From the IMG/VR virus record IMGVR_UViG_2740892229_000016: 19,523 nt of DNA. One strand, written 5' to 3'. Below the pieces are notes generated by a model. The model ran no database searches and was not told where the DNA came from. It saw only the letters and a program-made list of their open reading frames with translations. The DNA is from a virus. Its lineage: Duplodnaviria > Heunggongvirae > Uroviricota > Caudoviricetes. The translations under genes were made by a program, and so were the position numbers. This document shows positions 1 through 9,699 of the stretch, one piece after another (positions within the stretch are counted from its first letter, which is position 1; each line of letters starts with the position of its first letter).

Positions 1-176
1 AACAATTTGAAAACAAGAACCTCGCTTAGGCCTGTGTCCATATTACGTGGGTAGGATCAGACTGCATTGGTTTAATAAAAACCATCAACAATTGTGATTT
101 AGATATTCGGAACCATTCAAATATAACAAAACCCCGTAAAAACGAGGTTTATGGATAAATTTTATTATTGAATACA

Positions 177-350
177 TCAGATTAAATTAATCTTGACATC
201 ATAGCTTTCAAGACCCGTCATTTTTTCCCGTGCGGTAAACTGAATACTGGTAACTTCTTTCCCGGTCTTTTTCTTAAGTTCAATAATTTTTTTTGTTATA
301 TATTCAGAAATATCTGCTTCTGCTTTTGTTTTTAAGTTTTCAATATTCAT
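177..350 (-). CDS. gnsB: GnsB-like small protein (57 aa)
   Basis: Hand translation gives MNIENLKTKAEADISEYITKKIIELKKKTGKEVTSIQFTAREKMTGLESYDVKINLI. SD AGAGGA precedes the ATG. Length and position (beyond cspI) match Qin gnsB. Below the 60-aa cutoff of the ORF track. Confidence 0.6.
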   Translation of the reverse strand: MNIENLKTKAEADISEYITKKIIELKKKTGKEVTSIQFTAREKMTGLESYDVKINLI

Positions 351-521
351 CATTTCCTCTTTTAGTCTGTTATGACTTTCCAGTTACACAGTAAGTCGAT
401 TATATGGTGCAAACGTGTAAAAGATAAGATGAAACATCGCAATAATCAACATACGATAGTCTAAATTTTACACAAACAGACAAAGAGAATTTTCCTGAAT
501 TATCAATGCAATAGCATCAAA

Positions 522-752
522 TCAACTCAAGAGCCTTATTGCTGCTTCCAGAATTTCTTCTGAAGTAACATGTCGATCCGCGGCTACATAAATGACTTTA
601 TGATCTCCGGTCAGAGATGGAAACCCTGCGGCCATTACAGTAAGGTGTGTTTTTTCGCCATTTGGATATTCACGCATGATGGTGTTAACTCCAGTCATCG
701 CTGGCACTACCACTGCTGGTTCAGAGTTAAAAAAAACTATGATTTTTTTCAT
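522..752 (-). CDS. hypothetical protein, 76 aa from internal ATG (MKKIIVFFNSEPAVV...)
   Basis: Track ORF 522..794; the first ATG is at 752. Non-repetitive globular-looking sequence. No recognisable family; weak SD. Confidence 0.4.
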   Translation of the reverse strand: MKKIIVFFNSEPAVVVPAMTGVNTIMREYPNGEKTHLTVMAAGFPSLTGDHKVIYVAADRHVTSEEILEAAIRLLS

Positions 753-794
753 GATGTTACCGTAGTATGTGAGTATCCATCGAATAGACACCAA

Positions 795-816
795 GCAAAA
801 AAGCTCCCGAAGGAGC
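795..816 (-). terminator. Rho-independent terminator downstream of cspI
   Basis: GCTCC-TTCG-GGAGC hairpin followed by a T-run on the minus strand (A-run 795-802 on plus). Confidence 0.5.
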
Positions 817-1023
817 CTTCATTTTCACTTTTTTAAATCCAACGACAGACGGCTGGCATTTAAGTATTGTGAAATATTATCAAATGTAATCATCATTGAT
901 TTACAAAAGATACATTTTGCCCCGAAAGGATTCATGTCAGAAACATCAAAAGATGATGTTCTATACTGGGAACCATGACAACACGGGCATCTAAAGTGAA
1001 TATGGTTTGTAATATTGTCTACC

Positions 1024-1236
1024 TCAAAGCGCCACTACATGAACAGCGGCAGGACCTTTAGGTCCGTTCTCAATACCAAATTCAACTTCCTGATTCTCAG
1101 TTAATGTTTTGAAATCGTTGCTCTGAATTGCTGAGAAATGGACAAACACATCTTTGCTGCCATCTTTCGGCGTGATGAAACCAAAACCTTTTTCAGGGTT
1201 AAACCATTTCACTAAACCAGTCATTTTGTTAGACAT
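1024..1236 (-). CDS. cspI: cold-shock protein, CspA family (CspI-like)
   Basis: 70 aa [38 protein letters not shown]... with RNP1/RNP2 motifs; ATG start confirmed. Confidence 0.9.
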   Translation of the reverse strand: MSNKMTGLVKWFNPEKGFGFITPKDGSKDVFVHFSAIQSNDFKTLTENQEVEFGIENGPKGPAAVHVVAL

Positions 1237-1598
1237 AATTATTACCTTTTGAAGAAATTAGCCCTTGGGCAGAATGGTCCGAAAAAAAATATCAGAGAGA
1301 AAAACCAACAAGGAAATCTCAAGAGGTACAAATAATAAAATTATAACAATGACTGCTTCAGATAAATTTGTAACAAACCAGAACACCATTAACGCATGAT
1401 TAACCACCCATAGCAAGGATTACTTTTGTAAAGAAAAACACAGCAATGAAAGAATAGCTTTATTTATTAATAAAACGTGTCATTCTGATTAAGACCTTTT
1501 ATCTTACCCTTAAGATTTCAGGAATTTTGGCTCATGGAAGAGTCCTTTTTATTTAAATTTTACATTCCGCGATGTAAATGTTCCGATTTAATATTACC

Positions 1599-2622
<1,024 letters not shown>

Positions 2623-2626
<4 letters not shown>

Positions 2627-2934
2627 AGATATTTATGATGAGGACGCTCGTGCTTATTGGCAGGATTTTCAATCTTAAAGGAGTACTGATGCTGCAGATA
2701 AGACTCAACTTTTTCTGACAATTTTTCTGCTACTTCCAGGAAGACTTGCCGGACGCTCCTTCTGGCTGCTGCCTCATAAAACTCCAGCGCAGCTCCTTCA
2801 ACACGGTCCATGGCGACATCCAGGTCAAAAATTTCACCGTCAAAGCGTTCTTTGTCCTGTAAGGCTACAGTTACCGTAACTTTATTCTCAAAATTACGGA
2901 CTCCTTTCACAACCAGTTCATAGTCTTGAGTCAT
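2623..2934 (-). CDS. ydfR: YdfR-like protein (DUF1327-type)
   Basis: 103 aa ORF between holin and endolysin; its stop overlaps the rrrQ start (ATGA). Confidence 0.7.
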
Positions 2935-2938
2935 TGGA

Positions 2939-3154
2939 TTACTCTCCTCTCGCAGCCTTACGCCTGTCTTCTTTAATCTTGAAATAAAGATTTGTCAGAT
3001 ACGTCAGCAGGCCAAAAACCAGGCTACCCAGCACACCGATTGCAGCCCACTGTGACGGAGTTACTTTATCGAGTAACTGCAATGCCCAGAAACCAGCATT
3101 ACCCGCCGATGTGCCATAGGCAACACCTGTTGTTAACTTATCCATTGATTTCAT
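2939..3154 (-). CDS. essQ: S21-type pinholin with dual start (MKSM...)
   Basis: 71 aa from the ATG at 3154: [26 protein letters not shown]...[15 protein letters not shown]. Two TM segments, dual-start Met1/Met4 motif, SD GGTGAGGA upstream. Confidence 0.85.
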   Translation of the reverse strand: MKSMDKLTTGVAYGTSAGNAGFWALQLLDKVTPSQWAAIGVLGSLVFGLLTYLTNLYFKIKEDRRKAARGE

Positions 3155-3373
3155 ATCCTCACCCCGATGTACACGGATGGTGCAATATGTTTGAAAAGAT
3201 CGGAGTCTACGGGGTAGTTTTGACAGCACACGTTGTTCTCAACGGCGCTAAAAAAACATACACATTAAAAATGTGGGTAATTATTTTGAAAGAAAGTCAT
3301 ATATAAAATAATAATACGAGAAATGTTTTCATATTTAGTGTACTGTATACGGCCATTTATACAGGAAAAGCCT

Positions 3374-3544
3374 ATGTCAGAACGTAAAAACTCAAAATCA
3401 CGCCGTAATTATCTCGTTAAATGTTCCTGCCCAAACTGCACCCAAGAGTCAGAACACAGTTTTTCAAGAGTACAAAAAGGTGCCCTTTTGATCTGCCCTC
3501 ATTGCAACAAAGTATTCCAGACAAATCTTAAAGCTGTAGCCTGA
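3374..3544 (+). CDS. small zinc-ribbon protein (56 aa; CPNC...CPHC)
   Basis: MSERKNSKSRRNYLVKCSCPNCTQ...LICPHCNKVF with AGGAAA SD 6 nt upstream. Recalls small Qin zinc-ribbon proteins such as YnfU, but this is from memory only. Confidence 0.45.
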   Translation: MSERKNSKSRRNYLVKCSCPNCTQESEHSFSRVQKGALLICPHCNKVFQTNLKAVA

Positions 3545-3602
3545 TTGATTTTATTAGTAACAAGTATTTTTTATATTTTAATAATATATTTAAAGCAGAT
3601 AA

Positions 3603-3626
3603 TAAAAAACCCGCCTGAGCGGGTTT
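3603..3626 (-). terminator. Rho-independent terminator (hairpin ACCCGC-CTGA-GCGGGT, T-run on minus strand)
   Basis: GC-rich hairpin plus U-run about 280 nt downstream of the cspB stop on the minus strand. Confidence 0.5.
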
Positions 3627-3907
3627 GAGATTGTGGTGCTTTTTGTGGGAGTCATCCACTTACGCACTTTGTTTTGCCATGCCAGCAGTTAGCTTCTGCT
3701 GTAAAACTATTCATGCAGCAAACCTGCACTTCACCACAATGGTTAGCATACTTTTCCTGATTAAGATTTTGCCAAATATGCTAGCCATTGTTTCATGTAT
3801 TGGACCTCCTTACTTTTTATTAAAGAGATCCAATATTCACTACTCTGTCCGTATCTCTACTCAGGCATCAGCCTTCTTCGTTATCGTATACAGACGAGCG
3901 ATGAATT

Positions 3908-4123
3908 TTAATCAGTAATGATGACATTTGCTGCTGCAGGACCTTTAGCACCACTCTCTATAGAGAAGGTAACCTTTTGACCTTCAAATAAGGTTCGATA
4001 ATTATCATTCTGAATCGCAGAAAAATGCACAAACACATCTTTACTACCATCAACAGGAGAAATAAAGCCGAAACCTTTATCAGCGTTAAACCATTTTACT
4101 AAACCAGTCATTTTATTTGACAT
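3908..4123 (-). CDS. cspB: cold-shock protein CspB-like
   Basis: 71 aa [45 protein letters not shown]...; CspA family. Confidence 0.9.
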   Translation of the reverse strand: MSNKMTGLVKWFNADKGFGFISPVDGSKDVFVHFSAIQNDNYRTLFEGQKVTFSIESGAKGPAAANVIITD

Positions 4124-4423
4124 TCTACATTCCTTAACTTGAGCCTTTCGGCATAAATGGTTTGCATAACAGAAACGACTTCGTACTTAATTGGAGAGAC
4201 TCAAAGAAGGAATAAGTGAATAACACCTGAAATGAGAACTGCTTTAGTAAACTACTTCGTATATCGTCTGTTCTTCAAACCGACGCAATCATTAACGCAT
4301 AGTTGAACATATGAAGCAATGTTTATTTTAGACATCCAGCCATCTTCAACCCCATCAAAAAACTATAGCTTTCTTCAGGAACGTGTGTATAGTGCGCCAA
4401 GTTATCAGTATTAAGGAATTTTT

Positions 4424-4636
4424 TTGTCCCGTAAAATGACAGGAATTGTCAAAACCTTTGACGGCAAAAGCGGCAAGGGTCTTATCACCCCATCCGATGG
4501 TCGTATCGATGTCCAGCTTCATGTTTCAGCGCTCAATCTCCGCGATGCAGAAGAAATTACCACCGGATTACGCGTGGAATTTTGCCGGATAAATGGTCTG
4601 CGTGGCCCTTCAGCTGCCAATGTTTACCTTTCATGA
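4424..4636 (+). CDS. cspF: CspA-family paralog (CspF/CspH-like), TTG start
   Basis: 70 aa (M)[36 protein letters not shown]...; AAGGAA SD 5 nt before the TTG. Divergent from cspB. Confidence 0.8.
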
Positions 4637-4690
4637 GCTATATTAAAGCTTTAATTTCAGGCCCCATCGGATCACACATGGAGAGTTTTT

Positions 4691-4780
4691 ATGAATAACC
4701 CCGTCTGTCTTGATGACTGGTTGATTGGCTTTAAAAGCTTATGCTGTACTTTGGCCGTAATAGCTCTGCTAATAATATAA
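4691..4780 (+). CDS. candidate 29-aa hydrophobic small protein
   Basis: GGAGAG SD 5 nt before ATG; [29 protein letters not shown]. Sequence signal only. Confidence 0.25.
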
Positions 4781-4925
4781 TAAGCAGACTCATTGTGTTT
4801 AGGGACATTGTACTGGAAGAAAACATTTTAAACATCAGGCAAATAACCAAGTCACCAGCTAAATAATAAGTTAACAGACATGAGTCCCGGGATGAGATTC
4901 AACATTACCATTGCCCCATTTAAAG

Positions 4926-4962
4926 CACAAAACCCGCTCATCAGCGGGTTTTCTACTTTTTC
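4926..4962. terminator. bidirectional Rho-independent terminator
   Basis: AACCCGCT-CATC-AGCGGGTT hairpin with T-rich tracts on both strands; sits between the convergent cspF and quuQ. Confidence 0.5.
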
Positions 4963-5057
4963 TTAACGTCGGGTATACAAAGCCCATCGTTGAAAAAATT
5001 TTATCCATATTTTTTGAAAAATGCAAACATCATGTCGCCATCTTCAGCAAAAATCAT

Positions 5058-5810
5058 TTATCTCGTCACCTTCCTCAATTGCGCTTCCGCGTATGCTTCT
5101 TCCTGCCAGCACTTTGTTACCAGTTTACCAATGACGTCCGCATACCCCTTATACCACTGATAATCGGTCAGGTCTGGTACCAGCTTCTGGACATGACGTC
5201 GTGCCAGCGTGGTCGGTAAACGACTAAACCGGTTTCCATTACAACGCCCACAAATCTTATATACCGGTACGCCATGAAACCGGGTTCTTTTTTCATCCAG
5301 AACAATCCCTTTACCCTTACACCCTCTGCACGCTGTGCTGGCTTCGCCCTTACCATGGCAATGCTGACATAGTTCCTTCACCCATTCTTCCTTGATTACA
5401 GATTCCCCGCGTCTGTAGTGTTTCACCACTTCGCGCAATACATTATAAAATCCCGTACCTGAACAATGCTCACAGCGAGCCTTACTTGCCGCAGACCTGG
5501 AGTAATCAGCAAAGGCAAAACTCACGAGGTAAGGAATAATCTGTAACCGGATTTCTTCACTCAATTTGTTCAATGTCGGGTTATCCAGTGCCATCGCGTA
5601 ATTTAGCAGGCCTTCAATCGCAAACTGAGGGTCCTGAACACCAACTTTTGCCAGAAATAAGGCCAACCCAAGTGGTGCTTTCGACTGCACCATCCCCTGC
5701 GCTGCCATTACATCCGTAATTGTTAAACAACCGGTGCCTGTCGCTGGAGCGTCATCGCTCAATTTTGGAGATTTTGGGGAGTAATATTTTGGTAAGGCTT
5801 CAAGGTTCAT
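5058..5810 (-). CDS. quuQ: Q-family late-gene antiterminator
   Basis: 250 aa from the ATG at 5810 (GGAGAA SD). Cys-rich zinc-finger region (CEHCSGTG...CQHCHGKG...CRGCKGKG). Position upstream of the lysis genes. Confidence 0.85.
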   Translation of the reverse strand: MNLEALPKYYSPKSPKLSDDAPATGTGCLTITDVMAAQGMVQSKAPLGLALFLAKVGVQDPQFAIEGLLNYAMALDNPTLNKLSEEIRLQIIPYLVSFAFADYSRSAASKARCEHCSGTGFYNVLREVVKHYRRGESVIKEEWVKELCQHCHGKGEASTACRGCKGKGIVLDEKRTRFHGVPVYKICGRCNGNRFSRLPTTLARRHVQKLVPDLTDYQWYKGYADVIGKLVTKCWQEEAYAEAQLRKVTR

Positions 5811-5823
5811 GCTCGTTCTCCAC

Positions 5824-6873
5824 TTACGCCAGTACGCCAATTGCCAGCGCGCGATCGATAAAACGAAATATCAGCTCCAGTTGGGAGCCATACTTATCTT
5901 CAAATGCCACTGTATCCGTATGCAGCTCGTTGTGATGCTTTCTGCACAAAGGCAACACAAAGAGATCATGTGCTTTTGTTCCCATTCCGCCCTGCCCGTG
6001 ACCAATCAGATGATGCGGATCGTCGGCTGGCATACCGCAGCAAGCACACGGCTGTGTCTTAACCCAACGTGTGTATTTCTCCTTAACCCAGCGGCGACGT
6101 TTAGGCAGCTTCATGAAAGATTCCGGAGACTCTGGATCAACGGTGATGCTTACCACCGTCTTTTCCTGTGGTGATTTTTGTTGCTGGTGGGCGTAAGGCA
6201 ACGGTGCAAGATTTTTTGTGCGTTGTTTCAATATGCTGGTGGCGGTCTGCTCTCCCGGTACGATGTCGCTTTCGCGGTACACCGAGCAGATTTTTTCCGC
6301 TGGTAATCCCAGCGAACGACGCGATACAGCCTCAGGTAGTGCATCCACCACCTGATTGCAGACCGCCCACCAGGATAATTCAGCCAAAGATAATTCCCGC
6401 TCCTGCGTACCGCTTATTGCGTGACGGATGACGTCAATCACCCATGCTGTCAGATTTTGTTGAGCAAGCAGCTCCAGTGATTCCGATGTCTGGTCACGCA
6501 GTTGGTTGTCGCAGTGCCAGCACAACACCATTGCGCCGGTACCATAACGGTGAATGACTGTTTCAGTGTGATGGTAATCGCCATTAGGCCACTGGCAGGA
6601 TGTAACATGACGTAATAGCCAGTCGGACAATGCGCCAACGCCGCCAGCAGCACGAATCACCCGTTCGTTACTAAAAAACGGCAGCAATGTTTTGTCTTCC
6701 GCCAGCGGCTGGCGAACGGCAGGAACGACTCCGGATGGCAGATTACGCATGCTTTTTGGTTCCGGTTCCACCAGCACTCGAGGATTATGAAATATCTGTA
6801 TGGATTCACGGCCCGGCTTAAGGACCACCAGCCCAAGCTCAGGCACCAGAACAGGTCTAAGTAATACCCGCAC
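5824..6873 (-). CDS. ydfU: DUF968-family protein with C-terminal HNH-like Cys/His motif
   Basis: 349 aa from a GTG at 6873. C-terminus CACCGMPADDPHHLIGHG...CRKHHNELH. The frame stays open upstream to 6912. Confidence 0.7.
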   Translation of the reverse strand: MRVLLRPVLVPELGLVVLKPGRESIQIFHNPRVLVEPEPKSMRNLPSGVVPAVRQPLAEDKTLLPFFSNERVIRAAGGVGALSDWLLRHVTSCQWPNGDYHHTETVIHRYGTGAMVLCWHCDNQLRDQTSESLELLAQQNLTAWVIDVIRHAISGTQERELSLAELSWWAVCNQVVDALPEAVSRRSLGLPAEKICSVYRESDIVPGEQTATSILKQRTKNLAPLPYAHQQQKSPQEKTVVSITVDPESPESFMKLPKRRRWVKEKYTRWVKTQPCACCGMPADDPHHLIGHGQGGMGTKAHDLFVLPLCRKHHNELHTDTVAFEDKYGSQLELIFRFIDRALAIGVLA

Positions 6874-6874
6874 G

Positions 6875-7153
6875 TTACCTCCAGATCCGTTGCTGGAAAG
6901 TGCGGGACGCACGTGGTGGGCGTTCGGAATAAGGCAGCCTGACAGAGATTATCCAGTGCCGATAGTCGAGACTGAGAGCTTTCTTAACCTCGAACCCGCG
7001 CCTGCGGTAAGAATGAATCAGCCATTCGGCCTGTTCTGCAGTGCATGGAGGGTGCTGGAACCATTCAGACTTGAATGCGTGAGAATACCGCCCGTGCGTG
7101 CAGGCAAGAACGGGCGAATTATCAGAATTGTAATATTTTGCGTTGCGTGCCAT
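6875..7153 (-). CDS. 92-aa ORF abutting ydfU; possible N-terminal piece of a once-longer ydfU
   Basis: ATG with GGAGAA SD. Stop TAA lies 1 nt before the ydfU GTG, in a different frame. The last ~20 residues look like out-of-frame read. Confidence 0.4.
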   Translation of the reverse strand: MARNAKYYNSDNSPVLACTHGRYSHAFKSEWFQHPPCTAEQAEWLIHSYRRRGFEVKKALSLDYRHWIISVRLPYSERPPRASRTFQQRIWR

Positions 7154-7219
7154 CGGTTTTCTCCGGTGGCACGGTGTTACTCAGCGGGAGTTCAGCCCCG
7201 CGCAAGATTGTAGATGAGT

Positions 7220-7471
7220 TTATTCTCCTGAAAAAGCAGAAAAGCCAGCTTTTATTCCGATCTCTTTCAATGCCTGTAATGAAGTGACAAACTCACCTTC
7301 GCGCAAGATAAATCCGTCCGTGACCCGAGCATCCACAAAATTAATTAACGCAGCCCCATTCTTTCGCAAACACATAATGCGGTAATGACTAACAAGATTT
7401 CCATTTTCAACGCACACAGCATAGAGGCCATCTTCACAAAAAATTTTACGCAGTTCTTCGATGTTCATCAT
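7220..7471 (-). CDS. rem: Rem-like protein (83 aa)
   Basis: MMNIEELRKIFCEDGLYAVCVENG...; size and position (between ydfU and hokD) match Qin rem. Confidence 0.7.
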   Translation of the reverse strand: MMNIEELRKIFCEDGLYAVCVENGNLVSHYRIMCLRKNGAALINFVDARVTDGFILREGEFVTSLQALKEIGIKAGFSAFSGE

Positions 7472-7590
7472 CAGAATCCTTCCGGATAATTAGCTCTCCC
7501 CTTTAAGGGACCATCCCTCTTATCCCTGCGCGCTACTTAAGTATTTTTGATTCTATTCCGGCACCGTCCAGAACTTCAAACGCGTTGAAA

Positions 7591-7619
7591 ATAAAAACAA
7601 AAACCCGCCGAAGCGGGTT
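7591..7619 (-). terminator. Rho-independent terminator of the relB-relE-hokD operon
   Basis: AACCCGC-TTCG-GCGGGTT hairpin followed by TTTGTTTTTATTTT on the minus strand, about 70 nt past the hokD stop. Confidence 0.55.
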
Positions 7620-7687
7620 AAGTGCGGGTGCGTTGAGGATGCCTGCCACATCAGAGGTGGCGAGGGATTTCTCCCCCGCCGGGTCTC

Positions 7688-7843
7688 TTACTCCTCAGGT
7701 TCGTAAGCTGTGAAGACAGCGACCTCCGTCTGGCCGGTTCGGATTCGTACCTCGCAGAGGTCTTTCCTCGTTACCAGTGCCGTCACTATGACGGTTAAAC
7801 AGATGACGATCAGGGCGATTAACATCGCCTTTTGCTGCTTCAT
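7688..7843 (-). CDS. hokD: Hok-family type I toxin (51 aa)
   Basis: Hand translation MKQQKAMLIALIVICLTVIVTALVTRKDLCEVRIRTGQTEVAVFTAYEPEE. AGGAG SD. Not in the ORF track (<60 aa). Confidence 0.85.
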   Translation of the reverse strand: MKQQKAMLIALIVICLTVIVTALVTRKDLCEVRIRTGQTEVAVFTAYEPEE

Positions 7844-7914
7844 AGCCTGCTTCTCCTGTCAACGCAAAGCAGAAGTGTCACCTTCGGTGCGAAACAGAGA
7901 TGTCATGCTTTGGT

Positions 7915-8202
7915 TCAGAGAATGCGTTTGACCGCCTCGCTATATACTTCCGAGCGTTCTCTTTTCCCAACAGAAATCACGAAAACGACAACTTTCTCGT
8001 CTATAACCTGGTATACAAGGCGATAGCCTGAAGACCGGAGCTTAATCTTGTAACAATCAGGCATACCACGGAGCTTGTTTGCTTCAATCCGGGGTGACTC
8101 AAGTACTTCAACCAGCTTCTTTTTCAACTGTTCACGTACCGTCGAGCCCAGCTTTCGCCATTCCTTTAGTGCCCGCTCGTCAAAATCCAGAAAATACGCC
8201 AT
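7915..8202 (-). CDS. relE: RelE mRNA-interferase toxin
   Basis: 95 aa MAYFLDFDERALKEWRKLGSTVREQLKKKLVEVLESPRIEANKLRGMPDCYKIKLRSSGYRLVYQVIDE... Confidence 0.92.
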   Translation of the reverse strand: MAYFLDFDERALKEWRKLGSTVREQLKKKLVEVLESPRIEANKLRGMPDCYKIKLRSSGYRLVYQVIDEKVVVFVISVGKRERSEVYSEAVKRIL

Positions 8203-8441
8203 CAGAGTTCATCCAGCGTCACACGTACTGGCTTAGGATTACGAAGCCGTTCTTTCACTATCTCCACAAGTTCAGCATCTTCATCACTCAGGAGTGTCTG
8301 TTTGAACGGCAAGCGTTCATTGTCAGCGATATACTCGAGCATGAGACGAAGCGCTTCAGAAGGAGTTACACCCATTTTTTCAAGCGCGGCGTAAGAACGC
8401 GCTTTAAGTTCATCGTCAATACGCAGGTTAATGCTACCCAT
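8202..8441 (-). CDS. relB: RelB antitoxin
   Basis: 79 aa MGSINLRIDDELKARSYAALEKMGVTPSEALRLMLEYIADNERLPF...; its stop overlaps the relE ATG by 1 nt. Confidence 0.92.
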   Translation of the reverse strand: MGSINLRIDDELKARSYAALEKMGVTPSEALRLMLEYIADNERLPFKQTLLSDEDAELVEIVKERLRNPKPVRVTLDEL

Positions 8442-8444
8442 GTC

Positions 8445-8495
8445 TTACACCTCTTGTAATTACAAATGTCATTACAAGTATCGCACTACAACATG
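8445..8495 (-). promoter_or_regulatory. relBE promoter/operator region (relO-like inverted repeats)
   Basis: Nested palindromes CTTGTAATTACAA and TTGTAATGACATTTGTAATTACAAG immediately upstream of relB. Confidence 0.5.
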
Positions 8496-8771
8496 CTTAG
8501 GGCAAGTCACGAAGGAAGTCAGAAAGTAGTCGTAAGAACGGTGATCACTGTCCGCTTTGTGCCAGGAGCAGCCATTGCTAAGTCCATCCTGTATTGTGCA
8601 GGTCAGCTCGTTTTTAAAGAGTCCGGCCATCATCTTACTGGTACAGACACCATATACTTTGTGACGGTCAGGCTACATATGCACAACTCAACTTATTCAT
8701 CTATTTTTTGCTTTAGCATGTCAGTGTTGCTTTCTCGTCGGCGGGTGAGCGGTGACCTGACCTGTCGATAA
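8466..8771 (+). CDS. ydfV: YdfV-like ORF (101 aa)
   Basis: ORF length and position match my recollection of K-12 ydfV. It starts inside the relO region and has an odd composition, so a real product is doubtful. Confidence 0.3.
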   Translation: MSLQVSHYNMLRASHEGSQKVVVRTVITVRFVPGAAIAKSILYCAGQLVFKESGHHLTGTDTIYFVTVRLHMHNSTYSSIFCFSMSVLLSRRRVSGDLTCR

Positions 8772-8923
8772 AGGAACGTAACACGTTTTATGCAACACCC
8801 GCATGCGGCAGAAAATTATTGCCGAACGTTTACCCCTGTCAACAAGCTTTACTTTCTGAGGCGCGCCAGCCCGCGAGGAAAACAATCTGAACATCAAACA
8901 ATTAATGACACAAGAAATACGAT

Positions 8924-8950
8924 TAAAGATTTTTTTGTACATGCCGATAG
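8924..8950 (+). promoter_or_regulatory. sigma-28 (FliA) class promoter for flxA
   Basis: TAAAGATT-N11-GCCGATAG against consensus TAAAGTTT-N11-GCCGATAA, about 24 nt upstream of the flxA ATG. Confidence 0.6.
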
Positions 8951-8973
8951 TGCTTTTTTAAAAGGAGAAATCT

Positions 8974-9306
8974 ATGTCTGTCACAATTCAGGGAAATACC
9001 TCAACCGTTATTTCAAACAACTCCGCCCCGGAAGGAACATCAGAAATAGCCAAAATCACAAGACAAATTCAGGTGCTGACTGAAAAGCTTGGGAAAATCT
9101 CATCGGAAGAGGGGATGACGACACAGCAGAAAAAAGAAATGGCTGCATTGGTACAGAAGCAAATTGAAAGCCTCTGGGCTCAACTGGAGCAGTTGTTAAG
9201 GCAGCAGGCAGAGAAAAAGAATGAAGACGCGACAGTTCAGCCTGATAAAAAAGAAGAGAAAAAAGACGATACAAATACCGCTGGCACCATTGATATTTAC
9301 GTCTAA
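8974..9306 (+). CDS. flxA: FlxA (FliA-regulated protein)
   Basis: 110 aa MSVTIQGNTSTVISNNSAPEGTSEIAKITRQIQVLTEKLGKI...; strong SD AAAGGAGAAA. Confidence 0.85.
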   Translation: MSVTIQGNTSTVISNNSAPEGTSEIAKITRQIQVLTEKLGKISSEEGMTTQQKKEMAALVQKQIESLWAQLEQLLRQQAEKKNEDATVQPDKKEEKKDDTNTAGTIDIYV

Positions 9307-9320
9307 GTGACAGCCGTATT

Positions 9321-9344
9321 GTGGCCCTCATCGGGCCACTTTTC
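9321..9344 (+). terminator. Rho-independent terminator of flxA
   Basis: GTGGCCC-TCATC-GGGCCAC followed by TTTTC. Confidence 0.6.
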
Positions 9345-9699
9345 GCCATCAGCCTTTTCTTTAAAGACATATTATCTTTGTATCATTTCTGATAGTTAAC
9401 ATTACAAGATATAAGTAATGGACGCACTCCCAATTAGTCTATTTAAATCGCCACGAGTTTAACTGACAACCCATGATCAATTATGAATTGCAACTATTTC
9501 TGTAGTCACTTTTGTGGGGACAGTCCACAAAACTGCCAACTTCCGCTTCTTGCTCTTAGCGGACATTAGCATAGGCTATTTACCATAACGCCTCATTACG
9601 CACACCGCCCAGACTGACTCAGCGCGTTTCTGGCATATCCCCGGTAAAACAAGTAACAAACCACCCGAAAATGAACACCAGAAACGCGACTTAAGAATC

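Noticed and set aside
5809-6653. Several plus- and minus-strand ORFs (121, 87, 67 aa) within ydfU
   Set aside because: Overlap a long conserved-looking ORF in other frames; judged to be shadow ORFs.
7710-8026. Plus-strand ORFs (73 and 64 aa) over hokD and relE
   Set aside because: Antisense to the intact toxin genes. A sok-like RNA would be non-coding, and I found no supporting promoter or terminator.
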